28,803 nt of DNA from an uncultured Aquificales bacterium (GTDB lineage: Bacteria > Thermosulfidibacterota > Thermosulfidibacteria > Thermosulfidibacterales > Thermosulfidibacteraceae): positions 10,634 through 39,436 of the forward strand of contig CAYVOC010000014.1 of assembly GCA_964453345.1 (NCBI GenBank). Reading direction: 5' to 3'. Below are positions 11,123 to 20,717 of this stretch, in pieces. Below the pieces are notes generated by a model. It was not told the origin of the DNA. It saw nothing but the letters and a program-made list of their open reading frames with translations, and ran no database searches. Both the position numbers and the translations under genes were made by a program. Each line of letters begins with the position of its first letter. Within the stretch, counting starts at the first letter, position 1.

Positions 11123-12669
11123 GGGATGATTCCATCAACCCCTGGGTTGTGGCCCTTATATGTATCCCCGTGCTTCTCATGGTGATTCTGGATTCCACCG
11201 TTGTTGATGTGATCATACCCCATGTGATGGCGGCCCTTTCCGTTGATTACTACGATGTCCAGTGGGTGGTTATAGCCTACATGGTGGCTGCGGCTGTTGT
11301 TATGCCTGCCTTTTACTGGCTGTCCTCTCGCTTCTCCTACAAGACCCTTTTTCTGGTGGGCACAGCCCTGTTTGTCCTGGCCAGTGTGTCCTGCGGGCGG
11401 GCCCACACCTTTGAGGTGATGATTGCGAGCAGGATCGTTCAGGGGATGGGGGAGGGGATAGTTGTTCCCACGGTTACCTCCATGGTCTTTCTCGCCTTCC
11501 CGCCGGAGAAGAGGGGGCTGGCCATGGGGCTTGTCGGTGTGGGGGCCACCATGGGGCCGGCCTTGGGTCCCACTGTTGGCGGCTATGTCACCCAGCACAT
11601 AAGCTGGAGGTGGGCCTTTTACATAAACGTTCCCATAGGTCTTTCCCTTCTTGCTGCCGCTTTTCTGTTTTTGCCGGATTTTTCCTTGGGGCGGGAAAGG
11701 GTTGGCTTTGACTTCTGGGGCTTTCTCTTCTGCACCCTGTTTCTGTCGAGCTTCATAGTCGCCCTCTCCAAGGGGCAGGAGAAGCAGTGGTTCTCTTCGG
11801 ATTTCATACTGTATCTGTTCATAACTGCGGCCATCTCCTTTGTGCTGTTCATCTGGGTTGAGCTGAGAAGCTCCCGTCCCTTTGTCCAGATAAGGGTTTT
11901 CAAATACAGGGCCTTTGCCGTTTCCATGCTCATAAGGATGGTTTTCGGCGCCTGCATCTACGGTTCCTTCTTCCTCATCCCCATATACTGTGAAAAGCTG
12001 AGGATGTATCCCACCTTTGTGACGGGCTTGATCATGCTTCCGGGGGCCCTGACCAACGGTCTGGGAACCGTGATCTCCGGCAGGCTGACGGATAAGGTGG
12101 ATCCGAGGAAGCTGCTCTTTTTGAGCCTCATTCTTATGTTTTACGGGTTGCACAGGATCCACTACCTCGATGTGGATACACCAAAACAGCGCATAGCCCT
12201 GGAGCTTGTCTTCTTTTTCCTCTTCATAGGCGCCACCTTCACTCCCCTGAACTACATATCCCTCATGTCCCTGCCCGAAAGATACACGGATGTGGGCTCG
12301 TCGCTGATTCATGTGATAAGGTTTGTGGCAGGTTCCGTAGGGACTGCCCTTGCCACCAACAGGTTTGAGTATAGAGCGGGATACCATTTTGTGGGCATGT
12401 CCTCTAAGTTCTCCTACGATAATCCGCTTTTGCTTCCCTCCATGGCGAAACTGAAGATGTGGCTTGTGGGCAGGGCCCAGGTCCTTTCCCAGATCAAGCT
12501 AAAAACCCTTGCCATGGTGAGACAGATGATGGAGTTGAAGTCCCACATATACGCCTTTCAGGATTGCATGAATATTTTTTCGGTTGCTTGCCTGTTGGCG
12601 GCATGCTTGGTATTTTTACTGCCTAACATAAATTTAATGGTGAGGAGGAAAGATGAGGGTAGAGATTGA
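11119..12669 (+). CDS. DHA2 family MFS efflux transporter (EmrB/QacA-like)
   Basis: 'LDSTVVDV', 'QWVVIAY', 'RIVQGMGEG', '[10 protein letters not shown]', '[12 protein letters not shown]'; ~14-TM hydrophobicity pattern. Confidence 0.93.
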   Translation: MRDDSINPWVVALICIPVLLMVILDSTVVDVIIPHVMAALSVDYYDVQWVVIAYMVAAAVVMPAFYWLSSRFSYKTLFLVGTALFVLASVSCGRAHTFEVMIASRIVQGMGEGIVVPTVTSMVFLAFPPEKRGLAMGLVGVGATMGPALGPTVGGYVTQHISWRWAFYINVPIGLSLLAAAFLFLPDFSLGRERVGFDFWGFLFCTLFLSSFIVALSKGQEKQWFSSDFILYLFITAAISFVLFIWVELRSSRPFVQIRVFKYRAFAVSMLIRMVFGACIYGSFFLIPIYCEKLRMYPTFVTGLIMLPGALTNGLGTVISGRLTDKVDPRKLLFLSLILMFYGLHRIHYLDVDTPKQRIALELVFFFLFIGATFTPLNYISLMSLPERYTDVGSSLIHVIRFVAGSVGTALATNRFEYRAGYHFVGMSSKFSYDNPLLLPSMAKLKMWLVGRAQVLSQIKLKTLAMVRQMMELKSHIYAFQDCMNIFSVACLLAACLVFLLPNINLMVRRKDEGRD

Positions 12670-13963
12670 GGAGCTTGAACCCTGTAAGAAGCAGATAAAG
12701 GTGGAGATACCCAAGGAAAGGGTGGATGAGGCCTTCGACAGGATCTACAACCAGTTGAGAAGAGAGGTCACCATCCCTGGATTCAGACCCGGTAGGGCCC
12801 CTGTCTCCATAATAAAGGCGAGGTTTAAGGAGTATGTGGAAGCCAGGGTGATGGAAGAGCTGTTGAAGGAGGCCTACGAGAAGGTTTTGGAGGAGCATGG
12901 TTTGAGGCCCGCTTCCGATCCGGACTTCCCCGAGACCAGCTTTGGAGAGGGCAAGCCCTTCACCTTCACCATGGTTCTTGAGGTCCATCCCGACTTTGAA
13001 CTGAAGGACTACTCCGAAATCGAGGTGGAGCGCAAAAAATTCGTGGTGACGGACGAGGATGTCGAAAAGTTTATGAACGAGCTGAGGGAGCGCTTCGCCG
13101 AATACAGGGACAAAGAGGGCCCTGCCGAGATGGGCGATGTGGTGGTCCTTGATTATGAGGTGTTTGAGGGGGATAAGCCCATAGAGGACAGCAAGATGGA
13201 GGGGGTTGCCATCACCCTCGGAGCCGGTGAGACGGTTAAGGGTTTTGACGAGCAGGTTGTTGGCAAAAAGGCGGGTGATGAGTTTGAGGTGCACATAACC
13301 TTCCCGGAGGATCACTTCGACAAGAAGGTGGCGGGAAAAAGCGTCGTATTTAAGTGTAAGATGAAGGCGGTCAAGGAGAAGGTTATTCCGGAGCTGGACG
13401 AGGAGTTTGTGAAAAAGTTCGGGGTTGAGACGGTTGAGGCTTTCAGGGAGAAGTGTAAGGCTGAGCTGGAGGCCAAGCTTGAGAAGCTGTCCAAGGAGCT
13501 TGCGCTATCCGAGCTTGCGGATAAGCTTGTGGAGCAGTATGACTTTCCCGTTCCCCCCTCCCTTGTGGAGGAGGCCCTCAACAGGGAGATCAGCAACTAC
13601 GAGTTTGATCTGAGGCTTAAGGGGGTTGAGCCGGACAAGGAGGAGCTTGAGAAGAAGCGGGAGGAGCTGAAGCCCGAGGTGGAAAAGCGCATAAGGCTCG
13701 GCTATGTGCTTAGGAAGATAGCGGAGAAGGAAGGGATAGAGGTGACGAGGGGGGATGTGGAGGCCCACTTTGAGGAGCTTTCAAAGAGAAGCAATCTGCC
13801 CGTTGAGCAGCTTGTGGAGATTGTTAGCAAGACCGGCAGGATGAGGGGAATTGTGGAGGATCTTTTGTATAACAAGGTCCTTGAAGAGTTGCTGAACAGG
13901 GTTAAGGTTAAAGAGGTGGAGGTTAAACCTTCGGAGATAGAGGAGAAGGAGGGAGCTGAGTAA
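12653..13963 (+). CDS. tig: Trigger factor
   Basis: Ribosome-binding motif '[10 protein letters not shown]', FKBP domain, 'FPEDH'; GAGGAGG SD; upstream of clpP. Confidence 0.97.
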   Translation: MRVEIEELEPCKKQIKVEIPKERVDEAFDRIYNQLRREVTIPGFRPGRAPVSIIKARFKEYVEARVMEELLKEAYEKVLEEHGLRPASDPDFPETSFGEGKPFTFTMVLEVHPDFELKDYSEIEVERKKFVVTDEDVEKFMNELRERFAEYRDKEGPAEMGDVVVLDYEVFEGDKPIEDSKMEGVAITLGAGETVKGFDEQVVGKKAGDEFEVHITFPEDHFDKKVAGKSVVFKCKMKAVKEKVIPELDEEFVKKFGVETVEAFREKCKAELEAKLEKLSKELALSELADKLVEQYDFPVPPSLVEEALNREISNYEFDLRLKGVEPDKEELEKKREELKPEVEKRIRLGYVLRKIAEKEGIEVTRGDVEAHFEELSKRSNLPVEQLVEIVSKTGRMRGIVEDLLYNKVLEELLNRVKVKEVEVKPSEIEEKEGAE

Positions 13964-14565
13964 TGCCGTTGATTCCCATTGTTGTTGAGCAGACCGAAAG
14001 GGGGGAGAGGGCCTACGACATATACTCGAGGCTTCTCAAGGATAGGATAATATTTCTGGGAACCCCTATTGATGATAATGTGGCAAACCTGGTTGTGGCC
14101 CAGCTTCTGTTTTTGGAGGCCGAGGATCCAGAGAAGGACATCTATCTTTACATAAACTCTCCCGGTGGCTCCATAACCGCCGGTCTGGCCATATACGACA
14201 CCATGCAGTATGTTAAGCCCGATGTTTCAACCATATGCGTCGGGCAGGCTGCCAGCATGGCGGCGGTGCTTCTGGCGGCTGGCGCCAAGGGCAAGAGGTT
14301 TGCCCTTCCCCACTCAAGGATAATGATCCACCAGCCCATGGGTGGCATACAGGGGCAGGCCAAGGAGATAGAGATACACGCAAGGGAGATATTGAAGCTG
14401 AAAGAGACCTTGGAGCAGATACTGGCCAAGCACACGGGACAGCCCATAGAGAGGATAAAGGAGGATACCGACAGGGACTACTTCATGAGTCCTGAGGAGG
14501 CCAAGGAATACGGCATAGTTGATCAGGTGATCGTTTCAAGGGGAAGGGCCAGGAGGAGGAAGTGA
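13963..14565 (+). CDS. clpP: ATP-dependent Clp protease proteolytic subunit
   Basis: '[15 protein letters not shown]', 'YINSPGGS', 'GQAASMA' (catalytic Ser), 'MIHQP'. Confidence 0.99.
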   Translation: MPLIPIVVEQTERGERAYDIYSRLLKDRIIFLGTPIDDNVANLVVAQLLFLEAEDPEKDIYLYINSPGGSITAGLAIYDTMQYVKPDVSTICVGQAASMAAVLLAAGAKGKRFALPHSRIMIHQPMGGIQGQAKEIEIHAREILKLKETLEQILAKHTGQPIERIKEDTDRDYFMSPEEAKEYGIVDQVIVSRGRARRRK

Positions 14566-15791
14566 CCATGTTTGATCAGGGATCCGATGTGCGTTGCTCC
14601 TTCTGCGGGAAGACCCAGAAGGAGGTTAGAAGACTTATTGCGGGACCCGGTGTCTATATCTGCGACAGGTGCGTCGCTTTGTGCAACAAGATAATAAAGA
14701 ACAGCGAGGGGAATACTGAAAAATACAGACCGGAGAGGCTTCCCACCCCCAAGGAGATAAAGGAGTTTCTCGATCAGTATGTGATAGGGCAGGAGAGGGC
14801 CAAAAAGATCATCTCCGTTGCGGTTTACAACCATTACAAGAGGGTCTTCAGCGGGCTGAAGGATGATGACGTGGAGTTGCAGAAGTCCAACATACTCCTT
14901 ATAGGGCCTACGGGAAGCGGAAAGACCCTGATCGCCCAGACCCTTGCCAAACTCCTTGATGTTCCCTTCGCCATTGCGGACGCTACCACTCTGACCGAGG
15001 CGGGCTATGTTGGTGAGGATGTGGAAAATGTCCTTTTAAGGCTGATTCAGGCGGCTGATTACGACATAGACAGGGCTGAAATCGGCATCGTTTACATAGA
15101 CGAGATAGACAAGATAGCCAGAAAGTCTGAAAACCCCTCCATAACCAGGGACGTGTCAGGAGAGGGGGTTCAGCAGGCCCTGCTGAAGATCCTTGAGGGG
15201 ACCGTCGCCAATGTTCCGCCCCAGGGCGGCAGAAAGCATCCCCATCAGGAGATGATTCAGATAGACACCACCAATATCCTTTTCATCTGCGGCGGGGCCT
15301 TTGTGGGGCTTGAGCGTATAATAGAGAGGAGAATAGGCAAGTCTTCCATAGGCTTTGGCAAGGATGCCAAAAAGGTTTCCAAGGATGATATACTCTCCGA
15401 GGTTCAGCCCATAGATCTCATAAAATACGGGATGATTCCGGAGTTTGTGGGCAGAGTCCCCGTTATAGCCACCCTCCACAAGCTCACCGAGCAGGACCTC
15501 TACAGGATTCTGGTTGAACCCAAAAACGCTTTGGTCAAGCAATACGCCAAGATGTTTGAGATGGAGGGGGTTAAGCTCACCTTCACTGAAGGTGCTTTGA
15601 AGCTTATAGCCAGAGAGGCCATTGAGAGGGGACTCGGTGCGAGGGGGCTGAGGGCCATAATGGAAGAGATCATGCTTGACATAATGTATGAGCTGCCGTC
15701 CCTTGCGGGGCAGGTTAAGGAGTGTATTGTTAACGAGGATGTTGTGAAAAAGAGGAAACAACCGATACTTGTATATCAAAAGGCGAGCTGA
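14562..15791 (+). CDS. clpX: Clp protease ATP-binding subunit ClpX
   Basis: C4 zinc finger CSFC...CDRC, Walker [13 protein letters not shown] pore loop, RKH and IGF loops. Start may be ATG 14568. Confidence 0.99.
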   Translation: MTMFDQGSDVRCSFCGKTQKEVRRLIAGPGVYICDRCVALCNKIIKNSEGNTEKYRPERLPTPKEIKEFLDQYVIGQERAKKIISVAVYNHYKRVFSGLKDDDVELQKSNILLIGPTGSGKTLIAQTLAKLLDVPFAIADATTLTEAGYVGEDVENVLLRLIQAADYDIDRAEIGIVYIDEIDKIARKSENPSITRDVSGEGVQQALLKILEGTVANVPPQGGRKHPHQEMIQIDTTNILFICGGAFVGLERIIERRIGKSSIGFGKDAKKVSKDDILSEVQPIDLIKYGMIPEFVGRVPVIATLHKLTEQDLYRILVEPKNALVKQYAKMFEMEGVKLTFTEGALKLIAREAIERGLGARGLRAIMEEIMLDIMYELPSLAGQVKECIVNEDVVKKRKQPILVYQKAS

Positions 15792-15793
15792 TC

Positions 15794-18172
15794 ATGGAGA
15801 AAATGGAGAAGCTTTACCCGGTTATACCCTTGAGGGATCTTGTGGTTTTCCCGGGGGCCATAGTGCCCCTCTATGTGGGGCGTGAAAAGTCCGTTAAGGC
15901 TGCCAAATACGCCCTGAGAACCGATAAGCAGCTGTTTCTGGTGACCCAGCTCGATCCGGAGACGGAGGAGCCTACGAGGAGGGACGTTTACGGCGTAGGC
16001 GTTGTTGCTTCAGTGATACAGAGCATAGAGCTTCCCGACGGCACCATAAAGATGCTGGTTGAGGGACTCTATAGGGCCAGGCTTGTGGAGTTCTGGGACG
16101 ACAAGGACTTCATAAGGGCGCGGGTGATTCCCCTGTATGCACCCTCTGTCCAGCAGGAGGAGGGGGAGGCCTTAAGAAGGCTCATAATGGAGTCCTTTGA
16201 AAGGTATGTGAAGCTTAACCAGAAGGTGCCTGCGGAGGTTGTTTCAACCGTAAAGGACATACAGGATCTGGACAGATTCGCCGATACGGTGGCCTCCCAC
16301 CTCGATGTGAAGACCCAGGAAAAACAGCGCATACTTACGGCCGTTGATGTGATAGAGAGGTTCAAGAGGATCTATGCCGTTCTTCTCTCTGAGATAGAGA
16401 TTCTGGAGGTGGAGAGGAAGATAAAGGAGGAGGTCAAGAAGCAGATAGAGCGGAACCAGAAGGAGTATTATCTGAACGAGCAGCTGAAGGCCATACAGAA
16501 GGAGCTGGGCAGGGGCGAGTTTGACGAGATAGAGGAGATAAGAAGGGCCATAGAGAAGGCGGGAATGCCCCCTGAGGTGAGGAAGAAGGCCGAGGCGGAG
16601 CTGAGAAAGTTTGAGATGATGCCTCCCACATCCGCCGAGGCGACGGTGGTCAGAAATTACTTAGACTGGCTCGTTAATCTTCCCTGGAGCAAGCGCAGCA
16701 GGGACAGGCTCGATCTGGACAGGGCCCAGAGGATACTGGATGAGGATCACTATGGATTGAAGGAGGTAAAGGAGCGCATACTTGAGTATCTTGCGGTGAG
16801 AAAGAGGACGAAAAACAACAGGGGGCCTATTCTGTGTTTCGTGGGACCTCCCGGTGTTGGCAAAACCTCCCTCGGTAAGTCCATAGCCCGCGCCATGGGC
16901 AGGAAATTTGTCAGGGTTTCCTTGGGCGGTGTCAGGGATGAGGCGGAGATAAGGGGGCATAGAAGGACCTATGTGGGCGCCCTTCCGGGCAGAATAATAC
17001 AGATGATGAGAAGGGCCGGCACCAAAAACCCCGTCATGATGCTTGACGAAATTGATAAGCTTGGCAGTGATTTTAGGGGCGATCCCTCCTCTGCGCTGCT
17101 TGAGGTGCTTGATCCGGAGCAGAACAGCAGGTTCAGCGACCATTACCTTGGGGTGGACTTTGATCTGTCCGAGGTCTTCTTCATAGCCACGGCCAACGTG
17201 CTTCACACCATACCCAAGCCCCTTCTGGACAGGATGGAGGTCATAAGGATACCCGGCTACACGGAGGTGGAGAAGCTCCATATAGCAAGGGACTACCTTC
17301 TTCCCAAGCAGCTCAAGGCCCATGGTCTGAAGCCGGAGGAGGTAAAAATAGAGGATCGGATTCTTACCAGGATCATAAGGGAATACACGAGAGAGGCCGG
17401 GGTGAGGAATCTTGAAAGGGAGATAGCCAAGCTGTGTCGCAGGATTGTGAAGGGTATAATGACAAAGGAGCTTTCTCCGCCGGTTGTGGTGGACGACGCC
17501 CTGCTTGAGAAGCTTCTCGGGGTTCCCAAATACAAGAGGCAGGGCGCCTTGGAGAACCCTGAGGTTGGGGTTGTTCAGGGGCTTGCCTGGACGGAAAACG
17601 GCGGCGAGCTGCTTTTGACGGAGGTTGTGGCTGTAGAGGGCAAGGGCGAGCTGATACTCACGGGCCAGCTCGGGGAGGTTATGCAGGAGTCGGCCAAGGC
17701 TGCCTTGACCTATGTCCGTTCGAGGAGGGAGGTCCTCGGCATACCCAAGGATTTCCACAAGAGGTTCGATCTGCACATACATGTGCCCGAGGGGGCCATT
17801 CCCAAGGACGGTCCCTCTGCCGGGATAACCATCGCCACCGCCATAGCCAGCGCCCTGTCCGGGTATCCTGTGAGAAACGATGTGGCGATGACGGGCGAGA
17901 TCACCCTCAGGGGCAGGGTTTTGCCCGTCGGCGGGTTGAAGGAGAAGCTGCTTGCGGCCAAAAGGAGCGGAATAAAGAGGGTGATAATACCCAAGGATAA
18001 TGAAAAGGACTTGACCGAAGTGGAGCTGGAGATAAAGGAGGGGCTTGAGATAATCCCGGTTGAGGATATGGATCAGGTGTTGCGAATAGCCCTGATAGGG
18101 TGGAAGGGAACCAAGGATTCCTCTATCCCTCTGCCCAAGCCCTTGAGCTTTGAGCAGAAAAAGTTTCTGTAG
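15794..18172 (+). CDS. lon: Lon protease (LonA)
   Basis: 'PLRDLVVFP', Walker [10 protein letters not shown], 'GHRRTYVGA', catalytic 'PKDGPSAG'. Confidence 0.99.
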   Translation: MEKMEKLYPVIPLRDLVVFPGAIVPLYVGREKSVKAAKYALRTDKQLFLVTQLDPETEEPTRRDVYGVGVVASVIQSIELPDGTIKMLVEGLYRARLVEFWDDKDFIRARVIPLYAPSVQQEEGEALRRLIMESFERYVKLNQKVPAEVVSTVKDIQDLDRFADTVASHLDVKTQEKQRILTAVDVIERFKRIYAVLLSEIEILEVERKIKEEVKKQIERNQKEYYLNEQLKAIQKELGRGEFDEIEEIRRAIEKAGMPPEVRKKAEAELRKFEMMPPTSAEATVVRNYLDWLVNLPWSKRSRDRLDLDRAQRILDEDHYGLKEVKERILEYLAVRKRTKNNRGPILCFVGPPGVGKTSLGKSIARAMGRKFVRVSLGGVRDEAEIRGHRRTYVGALPGRIIQMMRRAGTKNPVMMLDEIDKLGSDFRGDPSSALLEVLDPEQNSRFSDHYLGVDFDLSEVFFIATANVLHTIPKPLLDRMEVIRIPGYTEVEKLHIARDYLLPKQLKAHGLKPEEVKIEDRILTRIIREYTREAGVRNLEREIAKLCRRIVKGIMTKELSPPVVVDDALLEKLLGVPKYKRQGALENPEVGVVQGLAWTENGGELLLTEVVAVEGKGELILTGQLGEVMQESAKAALTYVRSRREVLGIPKDFHKRFDLHIHVPEGAIPKDGPSAGITIATAIASALSGYPVRNDVAMTGEITLRGRVLPVGGLKEKLLAAKRSGIKRVIIPKDNEKDLTEVELEIKEGLEIIPVEDMDQVLRIALIGWKGTKDSSIPLPKPLSFEQKKFL

Positions 18173-18202
18173 GCGGAAAGCTTAAAAGCTTTCCGCCCCT
18201 TT
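18172..18202. terminator. Intrinsic terminator hairpin between converging lon and the accessory operon
   Basis: Perfect 11-bp stem GGCGGAAAGCT-TAAA-AGCTTTCCGCC (18172-18197) followed by a short CCTTT on the + strand; lies in the 35-bp gap between two stop codons. Confidence 0.8.
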
Positions 18203-18207
18203 CAATC

Positions 18208-18750
18208 TTATCCGGCATTGCCTGCAGCCTTGATGAAGGCCTCTGCCAAGTAGTGATCTGCCAGTAGCTCAAGTCCCCAGACCAGCACGGTGGGTATTGC
18301 TGCGCCGAGGGTCAGGGCTTCGGCTATCGGTCCGAAGATGATGGATGATGCGAGGTGGAGCTTGAAGATGAGAGCCACAACAAGGATCAGAAAGAAGCCC
18401 AGATAGTAGGTGTATTTGAAGGGTTCAAGTATCTGCTTCCACATGGAGAGAAGTGCCGCCGCACTCAATTCCTCAAATCCCCTGATCTTTGATTCTTCCT
18501 CGCTTTTTGCTATCTTTCTGGCAAGGGCGGTTTTGTTTACTTCTTCACCTCTGACGAAGTTGCTGGCAATATTTGCTATCTGTCCGAAACCAAAGATCAG
18601 CCTGTTTGCGAACAGCCAGAAACCGAACAGCCCAAGTGTGAAGGCCGCTGCTTCCGGGTGTTGCGCCACCGTTGCTGCCAGAAGGAAGTAGCTCAAAAGT
18701 ATTCCGATTAAGAGCAGAAATAGGACTATCCACCAGACTTTCCTCTCCAT
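18208..18750 (-). CDS. Hypothetical membrane protein (~4 TM, 2+2 with a soluble linker)
   Basis: 180 aa with two N-terminal and two C-terminal hydrophobic segments; GGAGGAG SD; start overlaps the upstream stop (TAATG). Confidence 0.8.
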   Translation of the reverse strand: MERKVWWIVLFLLLIGILLSYFLLAATVAQHPEAAAFTLGLFGFWLFANRLIFGFGQIANIASNFVRGEEVNKTALARKIAKSEEESKIRGFEELSAAALLSMWKQILEPFKYTYYLGFFLILVVALIFKLHLASSIIFGPIAEALTLGAAIPTVLVWGLELLADHYLAEAFIKAAGNAG

Positions 18751-19241
18751 TATTTACTCTCCTCCCTTTTCTGTTTTGAGGTTTTCTTTTCCTGTGTTCC
18801 CATGGTGAAGGAGTGAACAACGTTGTATATGTCTCCAGATAGCGGATGAATGTAGCTGAAGGTTGCAAGGATTATGTCCCCCACCCGAAGTTTTTCGGTT
18901 CCCTCCTTTAACTTGAGTTCCACCTGGGTAACGGTCCCCGGTGGTAGAATGGTGTGGGTCGGTATGTGGGATACAACGTAGCTTTTCTCCTTGCTTTCCT
19001 TCCCGGGGGTGAAGACGAAGGCCTCTTCAACTATTGTAAGCGGCATCCCTCCCGGATTGAGTATGGAGTAGGAGACTGTGTGTTTCTTTTCCACATACTT
19101 TGCATCCATCACGATGGGGGAACCTGGAATGCTTGCAATGGTCTTGGCTACCGTTCTCTGGGTGAAGAAGCTTCCAATGCTCCAACCAAGAAATAGCATT
19201 ACAAAGCCCACAAGAATCAACACAGATGCCGGTCTTTTCAT
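18750..19241 (-). CDS. Hypothetical membrane-anchored/exported protein, probable Ig-like beta-sandwich
   Basis: N-terminal hydrophobic helix, then an alternating beta-strand pattern with 'ILNPGGMPLTI' and 'LPPGT.T.V.L'; GGAGGAG SD; ATGA overlap with the upstream gene. Confidence 0.75.
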   Translation of the reverse strand: MKRPASVLILVGFVMLFLGWSIGSFFTQRTVAKTIASIPGSPIVMDAKYVEKKHTVSYSILNPGGMPLTIVEEAFVFTPGKESKEKSYVVSHIPTHTILPPGTVTQVELKLKEGTEKLRVGDIILATFSYIHPLSGDIYNVVHSFTMGTQEKKTSKQKREESK

Positions 19242-19438
19242 GATTCTCCTCCTTGTTTTTGTGGAGGGGAGGAGTTTTGCTCCTCCCCCTCTTTTAGTAA
19301 CTGCAGCGCTTCCTCCTTGGTCACTTCAACCATGAGGTTTCCAAAGCGGTAGTATATTTTCCTGCCGCTCGGCAGGTTTTTGAGGAAGTCCAGGGCTATC
19401 TGCCTCTTATTTCTTTTCGCTTCCCTTTTCCTTTTCAT
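19238..19438 (-). CDS. Small protein resembling the core hairpin of prefoldin beta
   Basis: 'LDFLKNLPSGRKIYYRFGNLMVEVTKEEALQLLKE' matches the prefoldin-beta pattern L..L......Y...G.+++.....+...L; fills the gap between coupled genes and directly follows prefoldin alpha. Confidence 0.6.
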   Translation of the reverse strand: MKRKREAKRNKRQIALDFLKNLPSGRKIYYRFGNLMVEVTKEEALQLLKEGEEQNSSPPQKQGGES

Positions 19439-19877
19439 CCTTTATCTCTCCGGTGGCCTCAGCCTGTCCGTGCTCCCTTATCTTCTGGCTCAGTTCTTCC
19501 ACCCTGGCGTAGAGTTCAACCATTGCCTTCTCAAGGGCGTCCCTTAAGGTGAGAACAGCAACGATCTCTTTCTCAATCTGCTTGATGGCCTCTTCAAAGG
19601 GTAGCTCTACGGAGATGTCGCTTCCTATGTTTACGACGACTTTGTCAACCTCTTCCAGCTTTGCCTTTATCTGCGCGATGCTTCCCACGGGCAGGAGAAC
19701 CTCTTTACCGGCTCCGAGATCCTTGAGGTTTCTGAGGGTGGTGATGGTGTTTCTGTATTCGGAGACCAGAACATCCAGCCTCGAGATTTCCACCCTCAGG
19801 GTCTCAATCTGATTGATGACGCTTCTGAGCTGTCTGGTGAGATCAGCCATCCTTTTTTCGTCCTTTTTCATTGCCAT
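19407..19877 (-). CDS. pfdA: Prefoldin alpha-class subunit (archaeal type)
   Basis: Long N- and C-terminal coiled-coil helices flanking two beta-hairpins: 'KEVLLPVGSIAQIKAKL..VDKVVVNIGSDISVELPFEEAIKQI'; 156 aa; GGGGGTG SD. Confidence 0.88.
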   Translation of the reverse strand: MAMKKDEKRMADLTRQLRSVINQIETLRVEISRLDVLVSEYRNTITTLRNLKDLGAGKEVLLPVGSIAQIKAKLEEVDKVVVNIGSDISVELPFEEAIKQIEKEIVAVLTLRDALEKAMVELYARVEELSQKIREHGQAEATGEIKDEKEKGSEKK

Positions 19878-19892
19878 GATACACCCCCTGCT

Positions 19893-20639
19893 TTATTGAT
19901 TTATTTTTAGTTCGCACCACCCTGTTGTGCACTCTTCCCTTGGAAGGTAGAGGATACTTTCCGGCCTTATGTCTATTTTAAGCTCTCTTATGAGGGCTTC
20001 TCTAACTTCCTTTATCTTCCAGAAAAACAGAAGATGTCCCTTGTATCTTGTCAGGGTCCACATTCCTATTCTCAGTGGAATTTCCCATTTTTTGATGTCG
20101 TTGAGTAGAGGTTTGTAGAATCTTTCCACCAGTGGATGATCCTCAAGTAGATCCATTTCCATCCTTGCAAGACCTTCGCAAAACGAGTGTCCTGCCGCTT
20201 TTATTTTCTCCATGTGAGGTGATGCTATTGGAATTTCTAAGGTTCCTTTAAAGCTTTCCACTTGAAGCGTCTCTTCTTCCTCCCACCTTTTGAGGTTGAA
20301 GACTTCCGCTCTTATTCTGTGGATTTTCTCTTTAGGAATGCGGATCTTCTCCGGGATTATCAGGTCCTTCAGTATAGGGTATTTTTCAGATATGATGGAT
20401 TTTACCCTGTCAATCACCTCTTCGGGATCCAATCCCTTTTTAAGCAGATAGTTCTTGACTCTGCTTTCAATCTCTCTGTCCTTCTTTATGTAGTAGTAGA
20501 TGGCTGCGCTGACGATCGCTTCCCTTATGAGATCTCCCGGAAGAAAGGGATTTCCCTTTTCATCCCTTGGAAATCCGCTTTTGGAAGCTATTACAGGTGT
20601 CCATGTTAAGAGTGTTGCTTCGTATGACTCGGATTCCAT
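19893..20639 (-). CDS. Standalone degenerate RAMP-superfamily protein, Csm5-like (Cas7 group)
   Basis: Motifs colinear with Csm5: 'YEATLLTWTPV', 'DEKGNPFLPGDLIREAIVSA' (cf. PYIPGSSxKGAxRTA), 'VESFKGT', 'LRIGMWT' (cf. LRLGxGxG), 'P' motif, C-terminal 'GWCEL' (cf. GWxxL). Confidence 0.62.
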   Translation of the reverse strand: MESESYEATLLTWTPVIASKSGFPRDEKGNPFLPGDLIREAIVSAAIYYYIKKDREIESRVKNYLLKKGLDPEEVIDRVKSIISEKYPILKDLIIPEKIRIPKEKIHRIRAEVFNLKRWEEEETLQVESFKGTLEIPIASPHMEKIKAAGHSFCEGLARMEMDLLEDHPLVERFYKPLLNDIKKWEIPLRIGMWTLTRYKGHLLFFWKIKEVREALIRELKIDIRPESILYLPREECTTGWCELKINQ

Positions 20640-20672
20640 CTCTGCTCCCTCCCTTTTTCTCTCCGCTATGTA

Positions 20673-20717
20673 AATTTAGGCCGATATCTTGATACGTCAA
20701 GGCTCAAATTTATTGAG
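20673..20717 (-). promoter_or_regulatory. Putative sigma70 promoter of the RAMP-prefoldin operon with overlapping palindromes
   Basis: Minus strand TTGACG (20700-20695), 16-nt spacer, TAAATT (20678-20673); palindromes CTTGA-N4-TCAAG (20688-20701) and CTCAA-N5-TTGAG (20703-20717). Confidence 0.5.

Noticed and set aside
3715-17782. Long antisense ORFs (e.g. 3715-4692, 11038-12387, 12623-13315, 16661-17782)
   Set aside because: They are shadows of well-supported + strand genes, with no recognisable motifs.
19407-19438. Programmed frameshift fusing prefoldin alpha to the mini-beta ORF
   Set aside because: The overlap is A-rich, but there is no clear slippery heptamer with a stimulatory structure, and the small ORF has its own ATG; ordinary overlap suffices.
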